The notes below the pieces were generated by a model. It made no database searches and was not told where the DNA came from. It saw only the letters and a list, made by a program, of their open reading frames with translations. A DNA stretch of 63,962 nucleotides, counting the filler, from Trypethelium eluteriae (taxonomy: Eukaryota), in assembly GCA_051942245.1 (NCBI GenBank). It is 3 parts of 3 records of this genome, joined end to end, with 100 filler letters (N's around TTAATTAATTAA, not from the genome) between each part and the next. Parts side by side here need not be neighbours in the genome. Positions count along the whole stretch, not along the records: positions 1 to 23,304 come from JAVECL010000424.1; positions 23,405 to 46,695 come from JAVECL010000425.1; 1 more part is not named here. One strand, 5' to 3'. Shown here one piece after another: positions 12,028 to 24,557 of this stretch (position 1 is the stretch's first letter; each line of letters begins with the position of its first letter). A program made the translations under genes and the position numbers.

Positions 12028-13934
12028 ATGCGGTTCAACGCCTTTGTTGCGGCATTGGCCTCCTCTGCTGCACTTGCCCGAGCAGACGTTGCCGATGATG
12101 CAGGTGAAGCCGTATCTTCCGCTTCCTCTGCAGCTTCGTCTGCTGTCGAGTCGGCTACTTCGTCTTCTGCTATCAAGAAACCCACCTTTACGGTCAGTTC
12201 AATTGGTCTCCAAGCTCTATCGAAAGCTCCGATATTTCTACCCATCGACGATGCTAACTTATTCTATCAGCCCGCCAGTATAAAAGCTCCTTTCTTGGAG
12301 CAATTTACTGATGACTGGGAGTCAAGATGGCAAGCTTCCCATGCGAAGAAGGCAAACACCGATGATGACTGGTCCTACGTCGGCACTTGGGCTGTCGAAG
12401 AGCCTTCAGTCCTCAAGGGTATGGAGGGTGATAAGGGTCTTGTTCTAAAGGACAAGGCTGCTCATCATGCCATCTCTGCCAAGTTTCCTAAGGCCGTTAA
12501 TAACAAGGGCAAAACCCTCGTAGTACAATATGAAGTCAAGCTTCAGAGTACGTCAACATCTCACAAACTCTAAATTGATCTCCACAATTTTTCGCAACTG
12601 AGTATCGCTAATGCCAATTAGACGGCCTCGAGTGTGGTGGCGCTTATATGAAGCTCCTTCAAGATAACAAGGCTCTCCACGCTGAAGAATTCTCCAATGC
12701 CTCCCCTTACATTATCATGTTTGGCCCTGACAAGTGTGGCGCTACCAACAAGGTTCACTTCATTTTCCGCCACAAGAACCCTAAGAGTGGTGAATATGAG
12801 GAGAAGCACCTCAAGAACCCCCCTCTCGCTCGCATTACTAAGACCACTTCTCTGTATACTCTCATCGTCACCCCAGACCAGCAGTACGAGATCAAGATTG
12901 ATGGCGAATCTCTTCGCAATGGTAGCCTTTTGGAAGACTTTTCTCCTGCCGTCAATCCTGACAAAGAAATCGACGACCCCAAGGACGAGAAGCCTTCCGA
13001 CTGGGTTGAGGAGGCCAAGATCCCAGATCCCGATGCGACCAAGCCTGATGACTGGGATGAAGATGCGCCTTACTCCATCATTGATGAGGAAGCTACCAAG
13101 CCTGATGACTGGCTCGACGACGAACCCACAATGATTCCTGACCCTGAGGCTGAGAAGCCTGAGGACTGGGATGATGAGGAAGACGGTGACTGGGTTCCTC
13201 CTCAAGTACCCAACCCCAAGTGCAGTGAAGTCTCTGGCTGCGGGAAGTGGGAGCCTCCAACCAAAATGAATCCCGAGTACAAGGGCAAGTGGACTGCGCC
13301 TCTCATCGACAACCCGGCCTACAAGGGCGTCTGGGCGCCTCGCAAGATCGCGAACCCCGACTACTTCGAGGACAAAACGCCCGCCAACTTCGAGCCTATG
13401 GGCGCCATCGGTTTCGAGCTCTGGACCATGCAGAACGACCTCCTCTTCGACAACATCTATATCGGCCACTCTCTCGAGGACGCCGAGAAGCTCAAGGCTG
13501 AGACGTACGATCTCAAGATTCCGGTGGAGAAGGCGCAAGAGGAGGCTGAGAAGCCCAAGCCAGAAGACAAACCTAAGTCGCCTCTCGACCTAAACTTCAT
13601 GGATGACCCCGTCACCTACGTCCGCGAGAAATTCGACCTCTTCGTTACCATCGCCAGGCGTGATCCCATTGAGGCAATCCGATTCGTCCCCGAGGTTGCA
13701 GGCGGTATTGGTGTTCTCGCTGTCACTGTCATTGCGCTCCTTGTAGGCGCTCTCGGTGCGGGTAGCTCGGCTGCTCCGTCTAAGGACCAGGTCAAGGACG
13801 CGGCTCAGAAAGCTAAGGACTCGGCTGCTGATACCAAGGACAAGGTTGCTGAGAGTGTGAGCTCGGGCGCGGAGAAGGTCCAGTCAGAGGTTAACAAGAG
13901 GACGACGAGGTCTCAGGACAAGACTTCACCGTAG
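12028..13934 (+). CDS. CNE1: Calnexin; introns 12193-12270 and 12548-12621
   Basis: Signal peptide [19 protein letters not shown], then [30 protein letters not shown]-domain repeats ([19 protein letters not shown]) and a C-terminal TM helix. Confidence 0.96.
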
Positions 13935-14539
13935 ATGCATTAGCTATTCGGCTACAAGAGTGAACTTACAGGGGAGGGGAAATGGTGAAAATGGAGAAAC
14001 CGGAGAAAACCTGAGAGTGCTGAGGGAATTTATGGAGAATTACGGAGATGAAGAGTGAGGCAAGGTGGTAGCACGCCATTAGTCGCGCTCTCATGATGCT
14101 GGCATTTTTTACCTATCTTCTAGCGTCTTCTGCAACTGTTCTATAGGCCATGTATCCTAGCCCAAAATACGATTGCGAGGAATTTTCAAAGAATTGAGTA
14201 CATCTCCTAGGCTTTTCAAAACTCAAGAACTACCACACTATTCCTCCAATACATCTCAGGGCAAGAGTAAATTGCGGTGTTCAATGACGAGATCACATCT
14301 GAAATTTTGTGAGGGTGGTCTTCCCAAGATGGACAAGTCTCGCCCCGCCGAGCTTTGCCGAATTGCGGAGAAGAGCTTGATGACATGACCCACCTCCGGT
14401 ATATTGTTGACAATCAAGCAAGAGATACAGGCTCGCTGACAATTCCTCCCTTTAGCGTTTCTTCCCTTCTTGTCATTTCTCGACCGTAATTGCTCCCTCT
14501 TTCCTATACTCTGTCTTCCAATTGATCCCTCCTGCCGCA

Positions 14540-16463
14540 ATGGCAGCTCGCCGAGCAGTCTACCGAGGCATTACATCACTCTCATCTCGCCCACCCCTCC
14601 GGCAAACAACTCCCTTCGTCGCGAGAATGAGCTCCAACCCACCTAATAGAACTGCCTCGCGGCGTCTCCATCTAACGAGCCAACACCTCCAAGCTGCGAC
14701 CACCACAGCCGCCACCTCCCCCTCCTCCTACCCCACCACGCACGAGCAAATCTCCTCACCCCTCAACACGCAAAACTTCATCGACAACCGCTTCTCCGCC
14801 TCCGACGCGACCCAATGGATCGACCTCTTCGACCCAGCCACCAACCACCTCGTGACCCGCGTTCCACAGTCGACACCCAGCGAACTACGCGCTGCAGTCG
14901 CGTCCGCCGAGCGGGCGTTCCCTTCGTGGCGCGCGACGTCGGTGTTGCACCGGCAGCAGATCATGTTCCGGTTCGTGGCGCTGATCCGCGAACACTGGGA
15001 CCGGCTGGCGGCGTCGATCACGCTGGAGCAGGGGAAGACGTTTGCGGATGCGCGGGGAGATGTGCTGAGGGGACTGCAGGTGGCGGAGACGGCGTGTGGG
15101 GTGACGACGCAGATTACGGGGGAGGTGTTGGAGGTGGCGCGCGATATGGAGACGAGGAGTTATCGGGAGCCGCTGGGGGTTGTGGCTGCCATTTGTCCGT
15201 TTAGTGAGTTGTGTTTTCTTGGGGTCTGGAAAGAAGAGCACGGTTGGGGTACAACTGACTATTGAAGGGGGAAGTGGTGCGAGAGAGAGGCAGGGAAATT
15301 GAAGCTGTGCAGATGGACTGATGGATGAAGGCTGATGAGAAATGAACAGATTTCCCTGCCATGATTCCTCTATGGAGCATCCCCATTGCGACGGTCACAG
15401 GTAATACCATCATCGTGAAGCCGTCCGAGCGGGATCCAGGCGCCATGATGATACTCGCCGAGCTTGCTGAAAAGGCTGGATTCCCTCCAGGCGTGGTCAA
15501 CGTGATTCACGGTACTGCCCCCACCGTCGACTTCATCCTCGACGAACCCGCCATCAAGGCCGTCTCCTTCGTCGGCAGCAATAAGGCCGGCGAGTACATC
15601 TACCAGCGCGCTTCCGCCAATGGCAAGCGGGTCCAGGCAAACCTAGGCGCGAAGAATCATGCCCTAATAGCGCCGGACTGCGACAAGAACCATGCGTTGA
15701 ATTCGATTGCAGGCGCGGCATTCGGCGCGGCGGGACAGAGATGCATGGCACTAAGTACCTTGGTCCTGGTGGGAGAAACGAAGGATTGGGTGTCTGAAAT
15801 AGCGGAGCGGGCGAAGAAGCTGAACGTAAATGGCGGATTTGAAGAAGGTGCGGATTTGGGGCCGGTGATTAGTCCACAGGCGAAGGAACGGATTGAAGGG
15901 TTAATAGCGAGTGCGCAAGAAGAGGGAGCGGAGATTCTCTTGGACGGAAGAGGTTTCAAGCCAGAGAAGTATCCCAATGGGAATTGGGTAAGAACGCCGA
16001 TTGAATCAAGAGCAGTATTTGAGGGGTATTAACAGAAATATCGCAGGTTGGCCCAACTCTCATCGGAAACGTGAAGCCGCACATGAAATGCTACACCGAG
16101 GAAATCTTTGGACCCGTTCTTGTCTGCATCAACGTTGAGACAATCGATGATGGTATCGCCCTCATCAACGGAAATGAGTACGGCAACGGAGTTGCAATAT
16201 TCACCCGCTCCGGTGCCACCGCCGGTCGCTTCCAGAAAGAAGTCGAGGCTGGCCAAGTTGGCATCAATGTTCCCATCCCAGTACCTTTGCCCATGTTCTC
16301 GTTCACCGGGAACAAGAAGAGTGTCGCAGGTGGGGGCGCGAACACGTTTTATGGAAAGCCGGGACTGAGTTTCTACACCCAGGCAAAGACTGTGACGAGT
16401 TTGTGGCGGAGCGAAGATGCTGTGGCAACTAAGGCCAGTGTGAATATGCCGACGCAGAGTTGA
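14540..16463 (+). CDS. mmsA: Methylmalonate-semialdehyde dehydrogenase (ALDH6), mitochondrial; introns 15204-15349 and 15988-16046
   Basis: [13 protein letters not shown] after splicing, [26 protein letters not shown] (catalytic Cys), EEIFGPV and [12 protein letters not shown]; Arg/Ser-rich presequence. Confidence 0.95.
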
Positions 16464-16794
16464 TGGTAGGGACGTGAAAAAGGGATGCTAGCATTGTATG
16501 GAGTGAGTCGCATTGTGAATAGCCAGGAACTTGTCGCTAGCTCTTCCATTTTGTACGTGTTTGCACACAGGCATAACTCTGAGTAAGATAATTCCGCATG
16601 GGGATTGTATTGTACAGTGAAATCTCGCTTCCTCTTGGGTATCATTACCACCATGACTCGTCTTGAACGGTATGGCACTGTACAAGCTCCTAAATTCCAT
16701 AAGAACGGGTCGTCAGATATCTAACATCCGTGAATGTCACTTTCCCTCTATGCTGTCGGAAGGACCCTGTGAAATGGCTCCATCCATTACCTTC

Positions 16795-18399
16795 TCAAGG
16801 AACACTTTGCTTGTTTGCGCTATTTTCATTACTCGCTTGGGCTAGCAAATACTTGCAACATGTCAGCGTGTATTTGCAGGCTTTCGTCCAGACTTCCTCT
16901 TGATTAAAACCAAATTTGATGCTTGCGTCACCAATCTTATCCTTCTTGATTGCATATGGCATTTTGAGCCCTGCAACACCAAGTCCGGTCTGTTCGACAT
17001 GGTCGCCCAGCTGACGTAGGCACTCCAGAAATGCCACCATTGCACTGTCGAAGCGACGATGTAGAAACGCAAGGCCGAGGGGTACGTCTCCATTGCAATA
17101 CAGCTCCAGAGTCGTGACTTTGGGCTTGGCCGGATGTGATGGGTCGTTGCCAGTAGCAGACTGTGGATACTCGATCTTGTTCACTGTGGAGGTGGAGCCT
17201 ACGGGATTCAAAGTGTAACCTTGAAAATTGAAGCGCAATTTCTCGGCCACTGTCGCGAGGAGTAGACACGTTTGACCCCATGCTGCGTTTATCTCAGGCC
17301 ACTCCACAAGCGGATTAGAGAGTCTTCCTAAACGCAAGCCATTGATTGTGCCATAATAGCCATCGTGACCAATGCTGAACGCATCATTGTATACATTCGT
17401 ACGCTGCAAACGTTCCAGCTGCTTGACATCATGTTCATGTTGTGCATTCAGGGCATCTCGCTCATTTTGAAAACGTGTCAGCGTTGTATTGAAGGCGTTC
17501 CGTTCTCTCCAGAACGCTGCTTCTTCTTCATCTAGTTCAGAGGCTTCCCGGGTGAGGCGCTCGATTTCTGCGTCCATGGATGCTTTTTCTTCCTCCAGTC
17601 TTTTGAGTTCGGTGAAAAGCTCGCCCTCTTTCTTGCGAGTTTTTTCAAGCTCTTGCTGAGCCTCGTCGAGGTCTTCTTGGGAGGGTATACTTATCGATGT
17701 CTGCTTGACGTACTGCACATATGCGTCACGTTCTCGCGTCGCGCTAGCCAATCTCTTCTCCAAACCCTCAACAAGCAATTCTGCACATTCTGCACAGACC
17801 GGATGGTCTATGTCAGAACGTGATGATAATATATCAAAAAGTCGAGCATTTGCCTCGGCTTTTTGCGACAGAAACCCTTCTTTGTAGCCTCCATGAATTG
17901 CTATATCCCCATTGCGCGGCTTCGTCTCATCTCGACCATTCTCTTGGTCTGAAGTTCGCACGGTCGACGGAGGAGTTATCTGGGACTCGCTAAGCATGAT
18001 AAAGGACATCGCAGGATGGTCTTTTCCTCCGGATGTATTGCCATCTGTCGGCATCCGCTTTGTGGAAACAGCTGGTCCCTTGGCCGCACTGGCACGTACA
18101 TAGTGTTCATGACGATCCTGGGGATACAGCGGCCTTGTAGAAGGAGCATTCTTTGGTCTAGTTCACGACCTCTCAGAATAGCCTTGACCAAGGAGATGGT
18201 ATCTGCTCACCTCTTGCTAGATTCGACCGACTGCTGGTCATTGGAGGCGCCAGACTCTATCAGACATCAGCAAGGAGGGATTTTAGGCTTTTTTTGAAAA
18301 GTTCTTTGACGGACCGGCGAGTATTTTGAAGGCCGCGGGGCTAAGATGCTCAAGTGAAGGGTCGAGCCTGAGCGGTGTCTTGCATTTTTGACAGTACAT
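16795..18399 (-). CDS. ATG6: Beclin-1/Atg6/Vps30; introns 18257-18314 and 18158-18210
   Basis: N-terminus MYCQKCKTPLRLDPSL, then DIDHPVCAEC, a coiled coil, TNVYNDAF, GTINGLRLGRL, WPEINAAWGQ and WTKACKYTLTCCK. Confidence 0.94.
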
Positions 18400-18519
18400 G
18401 TCTGTCTACGGCTATGCTCTGAGCATTCTGGTGCCGTCTGATCTTCTGCTAAGCATGCTTTTGATAGATAGGATCAGATGAATGCCCATTAAAGTACTGA
18501 TCACGTGGGGAATGGGTAT

Positions 18520-18560
18520 GACGCGAGCGCGATCGCGACTCGCTCACGCGTTCCCCGCGA
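18520..18560. promoter_or_regulatory. Cluster of CGCG cores including an MCB element (ACGCGT, 18546-18551) in the ATG6/SCM3 divergent promoter
   Basis: GACGCGAGCGCGATCGCGACTCGCTCACGCGTTCCCCGCGA within a ~310-bp divergent intergenic region. Confidence 0.5.
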
Positions 18561-18711
18561 TTGCTGTTCTACAACTCCGACATCCGACTCTAACTTTTGG
18601 CAGTTGCACCCCTGTCTCTCAATTCATGCTCAAGTACAAGTGAGAACTTTTTGAAACAAAGCCTTCCACATGGATTTTGTCCTTTCTTGTGGTTGACCTC
18701 CCACATATGTC

Positions 18712-21700
18712 ATGGCTAAGGAGCAGCACGAAACACCGCCGCCTCGACAACCCAATTCGCCAAACGACTGGAGTGAGTTGGCTCGCAAGCGTTACGAGAA
18801 TGACCGTCGCCTCGAGGGAACCTTCAGTAAAATATATGAAAAATATTCGCGGGACTTTACAAACGTGGGGGACGAGATTGACCTCGAAACAGGAGAGGTT
18901 GTCGTTGACAATGGCCATTTGATGCACATGAAAGATGAACGTGACGTGGGAAATGATCAAGCACATCGTTTCGTTAGAGCTTTCACGGCCAATCTGTTAT
19001 ACGAGGAGCCTATCGTCATCTCCGACGATGACACGCAATCTGAGAGCGGATGGAGAACTGAAGAATCAGATTGCAGCACTTCGAGCGTGGGTTCAATCTT
19101 GTAGTGCTTTTACCTTTGCGCTCATCACAGCTTTATAGGCCGACGAGCTCGGCGACGCTTACGATGGTGATGAAGAAGGCATGGATGATCACACTGAGGA
19201 AGATGTGGACGGTCTTGAAAAAGATAGTGACTTCAGAAACCAGATTGTCAATCTCACTACCAAATATCTAAAGTCGAGTCTCCATCTGTCCAACACCGCC
19301 CAGAGATCCTCTTCAAACAAACGTAAAGCTCCTCGCTACTCCTCGGATGGTGGAGCTACTCGCAGGCAAAAGCTCAGCAACGAAAGACGCTTGGACAAAA
19401 GCACCGGGAATGGCATGGAATCTAATCGCCCATCAGGCCACCAACAATTATTTGATGAACGTGATGTTTCAGAACTCGGACAGGCTATCGCTAAGCAAGT
19501 AGCCGATTTCGTGGATCAACGTCTCCACCGATCTGAACATTCAGGAAACCTCCTATCAGCATCAGCACAAAAGTCTGCCCATCGTCGAGAACGTGATGAC
19601 GCGAATCTTGATCAGAATTTTACGCAAGGACCGCATGCAAACAAGAAACGCAAATTAATCTCACCACAGGCGAATAAGCTCGCACAACAAACACAACCTA
19701 CCCCTGAACGTCGCTCGTTGTGGGCATCTTCAAAGCCACTGACCCCAGCCGCGGAGGTGAGAAGAGTTCACGCCATTTCCAAATCCCGAATGGCACGCAT
19801 GGAGCTATCCAACCAGGAAAATGATCAAGAAATCCCAATCGACCCGACCATCATCCGCGAGAGTGACGAACTGTTCAGACAGAATGAGCAGACGCACGGG
19901 ACTCCCAATGTTGAAGCTCTGAATGAGAATGTCCCATTGACAGAGCGGCGGACCTTGGGAGCAGAGGCCTCTTATGATTCGGATACCTCCATCAAAGATG
20001 AGCCTGACTACCATTCTGACCTGGACGGAGTTGACCGAGCCGACGCGTATCATGAGCCCCAGAACTCTATAGAGGGAGGTGAAGCGGGAGGTGGAGCTGA
20101 GTATTCTGCAAATACTAAGCGTCGGCTTGAGCAGTCTGAGACACCGGATACATCGACTTGGCGATGGACAGAAGAACAGGACAATCTTTTACTTCGTCTC
20201 AAAAATGTGGAGAACAAAGACTGGCCGGAGATCGTTCAGCATTTCCCGTCAAGATCCTACCGAACTATTCAGCAACGCTACTACAATCTTATGAAACCAG
20301 CACGAGAGGATAATCGACTGCGCCAAGAGCTTGAGCGCCAAAGAGCATTAAACAAGAAGTTGATGCTCGAAAATGCAGCGCATCGAGGTATCCCACCTGA
20401 GGACTCGGTCCATGAACAGCAGATGCAGGAACACGATGATCGTGATAGCCCGTCTTCCTATCTTTCGGCCAATGAGAATTTAGATGATCACAATGTTATC
20501 GATCCATCCCTTCAGGTTAACTCGTCAATGCAGGCAGAAGGAACAATTCACATCAAGACAGCTACAGAATCACAGGAACAAGGGAAAGGGATAGAGCAGC
20601 CAGGGAACCTATCAAACCATAATGTATACCCCGATCCACAGGATACGAACATAGATCCTTTGTTGCTCTCATGGTGCACAGGTCAGCCTCAGAATCAAGG
20701 AGATGAAACGCGTTCAGCCATGGTTGTGGAAGACGAGCTTTTGGAGGGTTCGATGGAGAACGAAGCAGTCTCGCAGGACAGGAATGAGCTTGATGAAAGT
20801 CAGTGGGAAACAGATGTCCCATTGGATCAAGTATCTGGAGAGCCTAAAAATAGAGAAGATAGTGGGCCACCGCCATCAATAGCAAAAACCAAGTGGCCAG
20901 GTCAAGTCAATCCGCTGAATAATTGCAGACCTGATATGCGAGTGGGAGACGCTGAACACTTCAAAAAATGGAATAGCGAAGACGACCGAAGACTCTTAGA
21001 ATTAAGATACTTTCAAAGGCACAAATGGCCCGATGTCGCAAAGCACTTTCCCCGGCGTACGTATCGGTCGTTGCAGCAGCGATATTACTCTCTTCACAAA
21101 CCAGACGTCTATCTGGGCGAGGATGGATCCTGGAAGATCAAGGAGAATAGTCATGATGAAGATAATGGGAAGCCAGAAAGGTGGGACAAGGAAGATGATG
21201 AGCTCATCCTTCACTTGCGGGAGACTGAAAGATTGCCTTGGGAAGAAATCGCAAGGAAAATAACGAATAGGAGTGAGATTTCTATCCAAAGGCGATACCT
21301 AGATCTAACCAGCACTACGCCAACAAATCAAGAACGGGTGGGACGCAATCCTGAGGAAAATCTTGCTGGGTCAGTTGGATCCGCCGGTGAATCTTTGAGA
21401 AATGAGATGAGAGTGCAAGGCTGGACCAATATCGAGCTGGAGCAACTGCGCCATTGGAAGGAAGTAGCGCATATGTGTTGGGAAAGGATCGCAGATAAAT
21501 TTCCCGGCAGAACTACAAAGAACATTCGCCAGCGCTACTATCTTCTTCGAGACACGCCAAGGATTAGGGATGGAGACTATTTGCTTCCCGAAGACCGCGC
21601 CGATGGGAATTCTCTTAGACCCAACAAGCGCGAGCAAATGTCTCATCAGCGAGCATGGGAATCAGACGAGGAGTGGGACTTGCATCGGATGCGTGATGTG

Positions 21701-22738
21701 GAGAGGAAAAGCTGGGCCGAGATTCGGGAACACTTCCCCTATCGAACTCTTGGTGCTGTGCAGCTTCGGTATTACACTGTTGCTAGAGACCTTGACAAGA
21801 AGGCGGAACAGGATCAACCGACAAACGAACATCGAAGAGTCACCTTTGGGCCTGGGAATGGATCGAACACCGATGCTACACCACAAGGTAGTAATGAGCA
21901 GCCCGTTATCACCGACGAGACTTCATCAAGAGTTCAGCCAGGTACAGTTCTGGCGCCAGAGTCAAGTCCATCATTGGCAGACACAGCAAATGCAATGCCA
22001 CCAGTTTCAGACGAGCAACAAAGTTATCGTCGAACTAGGAGGAATTATAATGCACGTCGGTCAGTCGGACGTCCTGCGAAGAAGCCTAGAGAACCACCCG
22101 AGCCCTATATGGATCAACCATGGAGACCTACTCCGATAACTCCCTCTTCTAACAACCCACACACAAACCAGCCATGGATGCCTACGATGATGATGCAGCC
22201 TCTATTTCCTCCCAAGAAAAGTACAGACGAGCTATTGAGAGCCATCGTGAGCAAACAAGCTCCAGTGACACCTAGGCAGACTCCGAATCAAGCATGGAAC
22301 CCAAGTTCCAATAGGGAATTTTCCCCGATACGCAGACCAGTCCAGCATGATTCGCGCAGCCCGAGCGTGATAGGCGCCTCTTCCGCGACGGCCAGCCCAG
22401 GCCTAGATCAGGGAGAGGGACACAGTGCAGTCGAAGAGGCTCCAATCACGGCCAAGTCTAGCCAAAATCAGCTATTGGACCATGCCGCAAATAAAGAATC
22501 TTCAGTGTCTACCAATCTCAGCCCACTCCAACCGACATTCTCCGAGCAGCTCAGGAACGCTGCAATGAGTCCAGACACTATTGAGAGTTTCAGCGATTCA
22601 CGTGCTTCTTCACACTCGCCCGAGTCGCGTGCAAGAGCAAGATCCGAAAAGAAGATCTGCTATAAAGGCAGCTTGTGTGGTGATCCAGCCAGTTCAGCAT
22701 TAGATGATTCAGGGTCCGAAGATGAATTGGCGACTTAG
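18712..22738 (+). CDS. SCM3: Scm3/HJURP-domain CENP-A chaperone with five Myb/SANT-like repeats; intron 19087-19138
   Basis: Exon 1 carries RLEGTFSKIYEKYSRDFTNVGDEIDLETGEVVVDNGHL (Scm3 signature). A phase-0 intron joins it in frame to ORF 19181-22738, which has five W...W...R(S/T)...RY Myb repeats and a GRP AT-hook-like motif. Confidence 0.85.
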
Positions 22739-22792
22739 TGGAGAGAATGCTGGCTTTGCATCGGGGCTTCTGTGGTGCGCATGGCCTTCTTG

Positions 22793-23304
22793 TTACGATC
22801 CATCCGTATGCAAGACGTCGACGAGCTTCGTGTCAGTCTTGTTCCCTACAGTTCCCGCCTTTGCCCAGAATTTTGACAAGTGCCTTGTCCCTGGGTCACA
22901 GAGCAAGGTCACAATACGATGACCGGGTCCCAGCTCTAGGGCAACTTTGGTAGCGGCCACGCCTAGAACAGCATTAGCAAGAGATTACCTGAGTGAATAT
23001 TCCATAGAGAGAAATAAAACTTACAGTTCACTGCACTGCTACTCCCCGCAAAGATCCCATCTTTCTCTACGAGCCACTGAGCCATAGCCATTGCCTGTTC
23101 ATCCGTCACTCTCACTGCATCGTCAATCAGCGTCCGCCCCGCCTCAAAATTCTCCGTCATCCGATTCAGTCCAATCCCTTCCACAATCGAATCCACCTGA
23201 TGCCTCCTCCTCGTCCCCTCCCTCTCCTTCACATCAAACATGACCCCATACTTGATCTTATTCCACAGCCCACTCCCCTGCGGATCCGCCAACACAATGC
23301 GCAC
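22793..23304 (-). CDS. Cysteine synthase (PLP, CysK/CBS family), 3' part only; intron 22963-23024
   Basis: LADPQGSGL, VEGIGLNR, EKDGIFAGSSSAVNC and GHRIVTLLCDPGTRHLSKFW; truncated by the contig end. Confidence 0.88.
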
Positions 23305-23404
23305 NNNNNNNNNNNNNNNNNNNNNNNNNNNNNNNNNNNNNNNNNNNNTTAATTAATTAANNNNNNNNNNNNNNNNNNNNNNNNNNNNNNNNNNNNNNNN
23401 NNNN
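23305..23404. other. Artificial contig-joining spacer N44-TTAATTAATTAA-N44
   Basis: Exactly 100 bp; the central 12-mer has stops in all six frames; an identical spacer occurs at 46696-46795. Confidence 0.95.
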
Positions 23405-23577
23405 GGGTAATTGGGAGGGTGCTAGGGTGGTTATGAGCGGGCAGGCATAGTAAGAGGGTCTATAGGGCGAAGTTGAGGCCGGCGGTGGAGTGGGCGTTGG
23501 TCAAACTAGGGAGTGGGGTTATTGTATTGGAAGAGAAAGATGGTAACCAAGTAGATAAGAGTATTGTAGGTGTACAT
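23405..23577 (-). pseudogene. Possible RIP-damaged 5' end of a small secreted protein gene
   Basis: GCCATG start, then MYTYNTLIYLVTIFLFQYNNPTP*FDQRPLHRRPQL... with TAG/TAA stops. It does not resemble the cysteine synthase N-terminus. Confidence 0.25.
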
Positions 23578-24557
23578 GGCGAGGATAGTTGCAAAAGATG
23601 GTTGAATGGGTTTTCTTGCGACGACTGGAAGTCAGTTGATTTGGTGTAAGGTCATGGTATCACGAAGTATAGAGATGATTCTGAATTTCTAGAAATTAAT
23701 TGATTTAGTCTCAAGATTTTCTATCAGTAACCAATCTTTCACTTCTACTCTTATGCATTTCTATCGAGATCTTATCCAATTAATGTGTTGGTCTCAAAAA
23801 GATTGAACACGGCGGTCCTCGCTACAGGGGGGTTGAACGTCTCGTACGTAAGTCTCGGCCACCTGTGGGTTATTCATTTACAAACATCTCATCCACGGAC
23901 TACGCCGGCAATGTACAGCCTTCGACACTTAGCTACGATCGTGGTCTGTTCACTACCAACCAGTTAATCGGACATTTTATGCTAATTAAACTATCGTTTG
24001 GATTACCGAGAGGGTGACTACATTATTTAACAGATCACCTGTATCTTTGTGATGAATCCTACAACTCCGCCATATACCAATCTACCAAATTAAGGTAACG
24101 TAGATCCACTGATTGTCTTCTTCGGACCAGCCGACCCAACATCTTACGACCGTTAACGAAAAGATCACACATCCTCGAGAGTGTCTTTGTCTACTACCTA
24201 CGTCCCTGCTGGACTACAAATTCTTGCCAGAAAGCTTTACTGGATGGAATACCTTCACCGTCAGGCATCACACGATGTTGCATGTTCGTTGGTATCAGAA
24301 GATGTACTCCTATAAGTTATTAATGTCGCCTCATTGACATTGACTGGACATCTCCGGACTGCATAAAGTTTTGAAGGACCTTCTTGTGAACACGTGTACC
24401 AAGATATATGAGACGTATCCTTCGAAAAGTGTGGCCCAAAGGCTATGTATGTATCACTTCACCTTCCGACTATCAGATAACCATATGTCCATTCTTCTGA
24501 AATTTTGTGTGACTATTTGCGCTTGAGATATTATCTCGCCCCACTCTTTTTGCTGAA

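Noticed and set aside
12618..13538. 306-aa minus-strand ORF, and similar long shadow ORFs at 946-1587, 4014-4655, 47544-48104 and 63287-63853
   Set aside because: They lie antisense to well-supported genes with biased codon usage and contain no recognisable motifs.
23349..23360. TTAATTAATTAA palindrome as a biological site
   Set aside because: It sits centrally in symmetric N runs and recurs identically at 46740-46751, so it is a synthetic linker.
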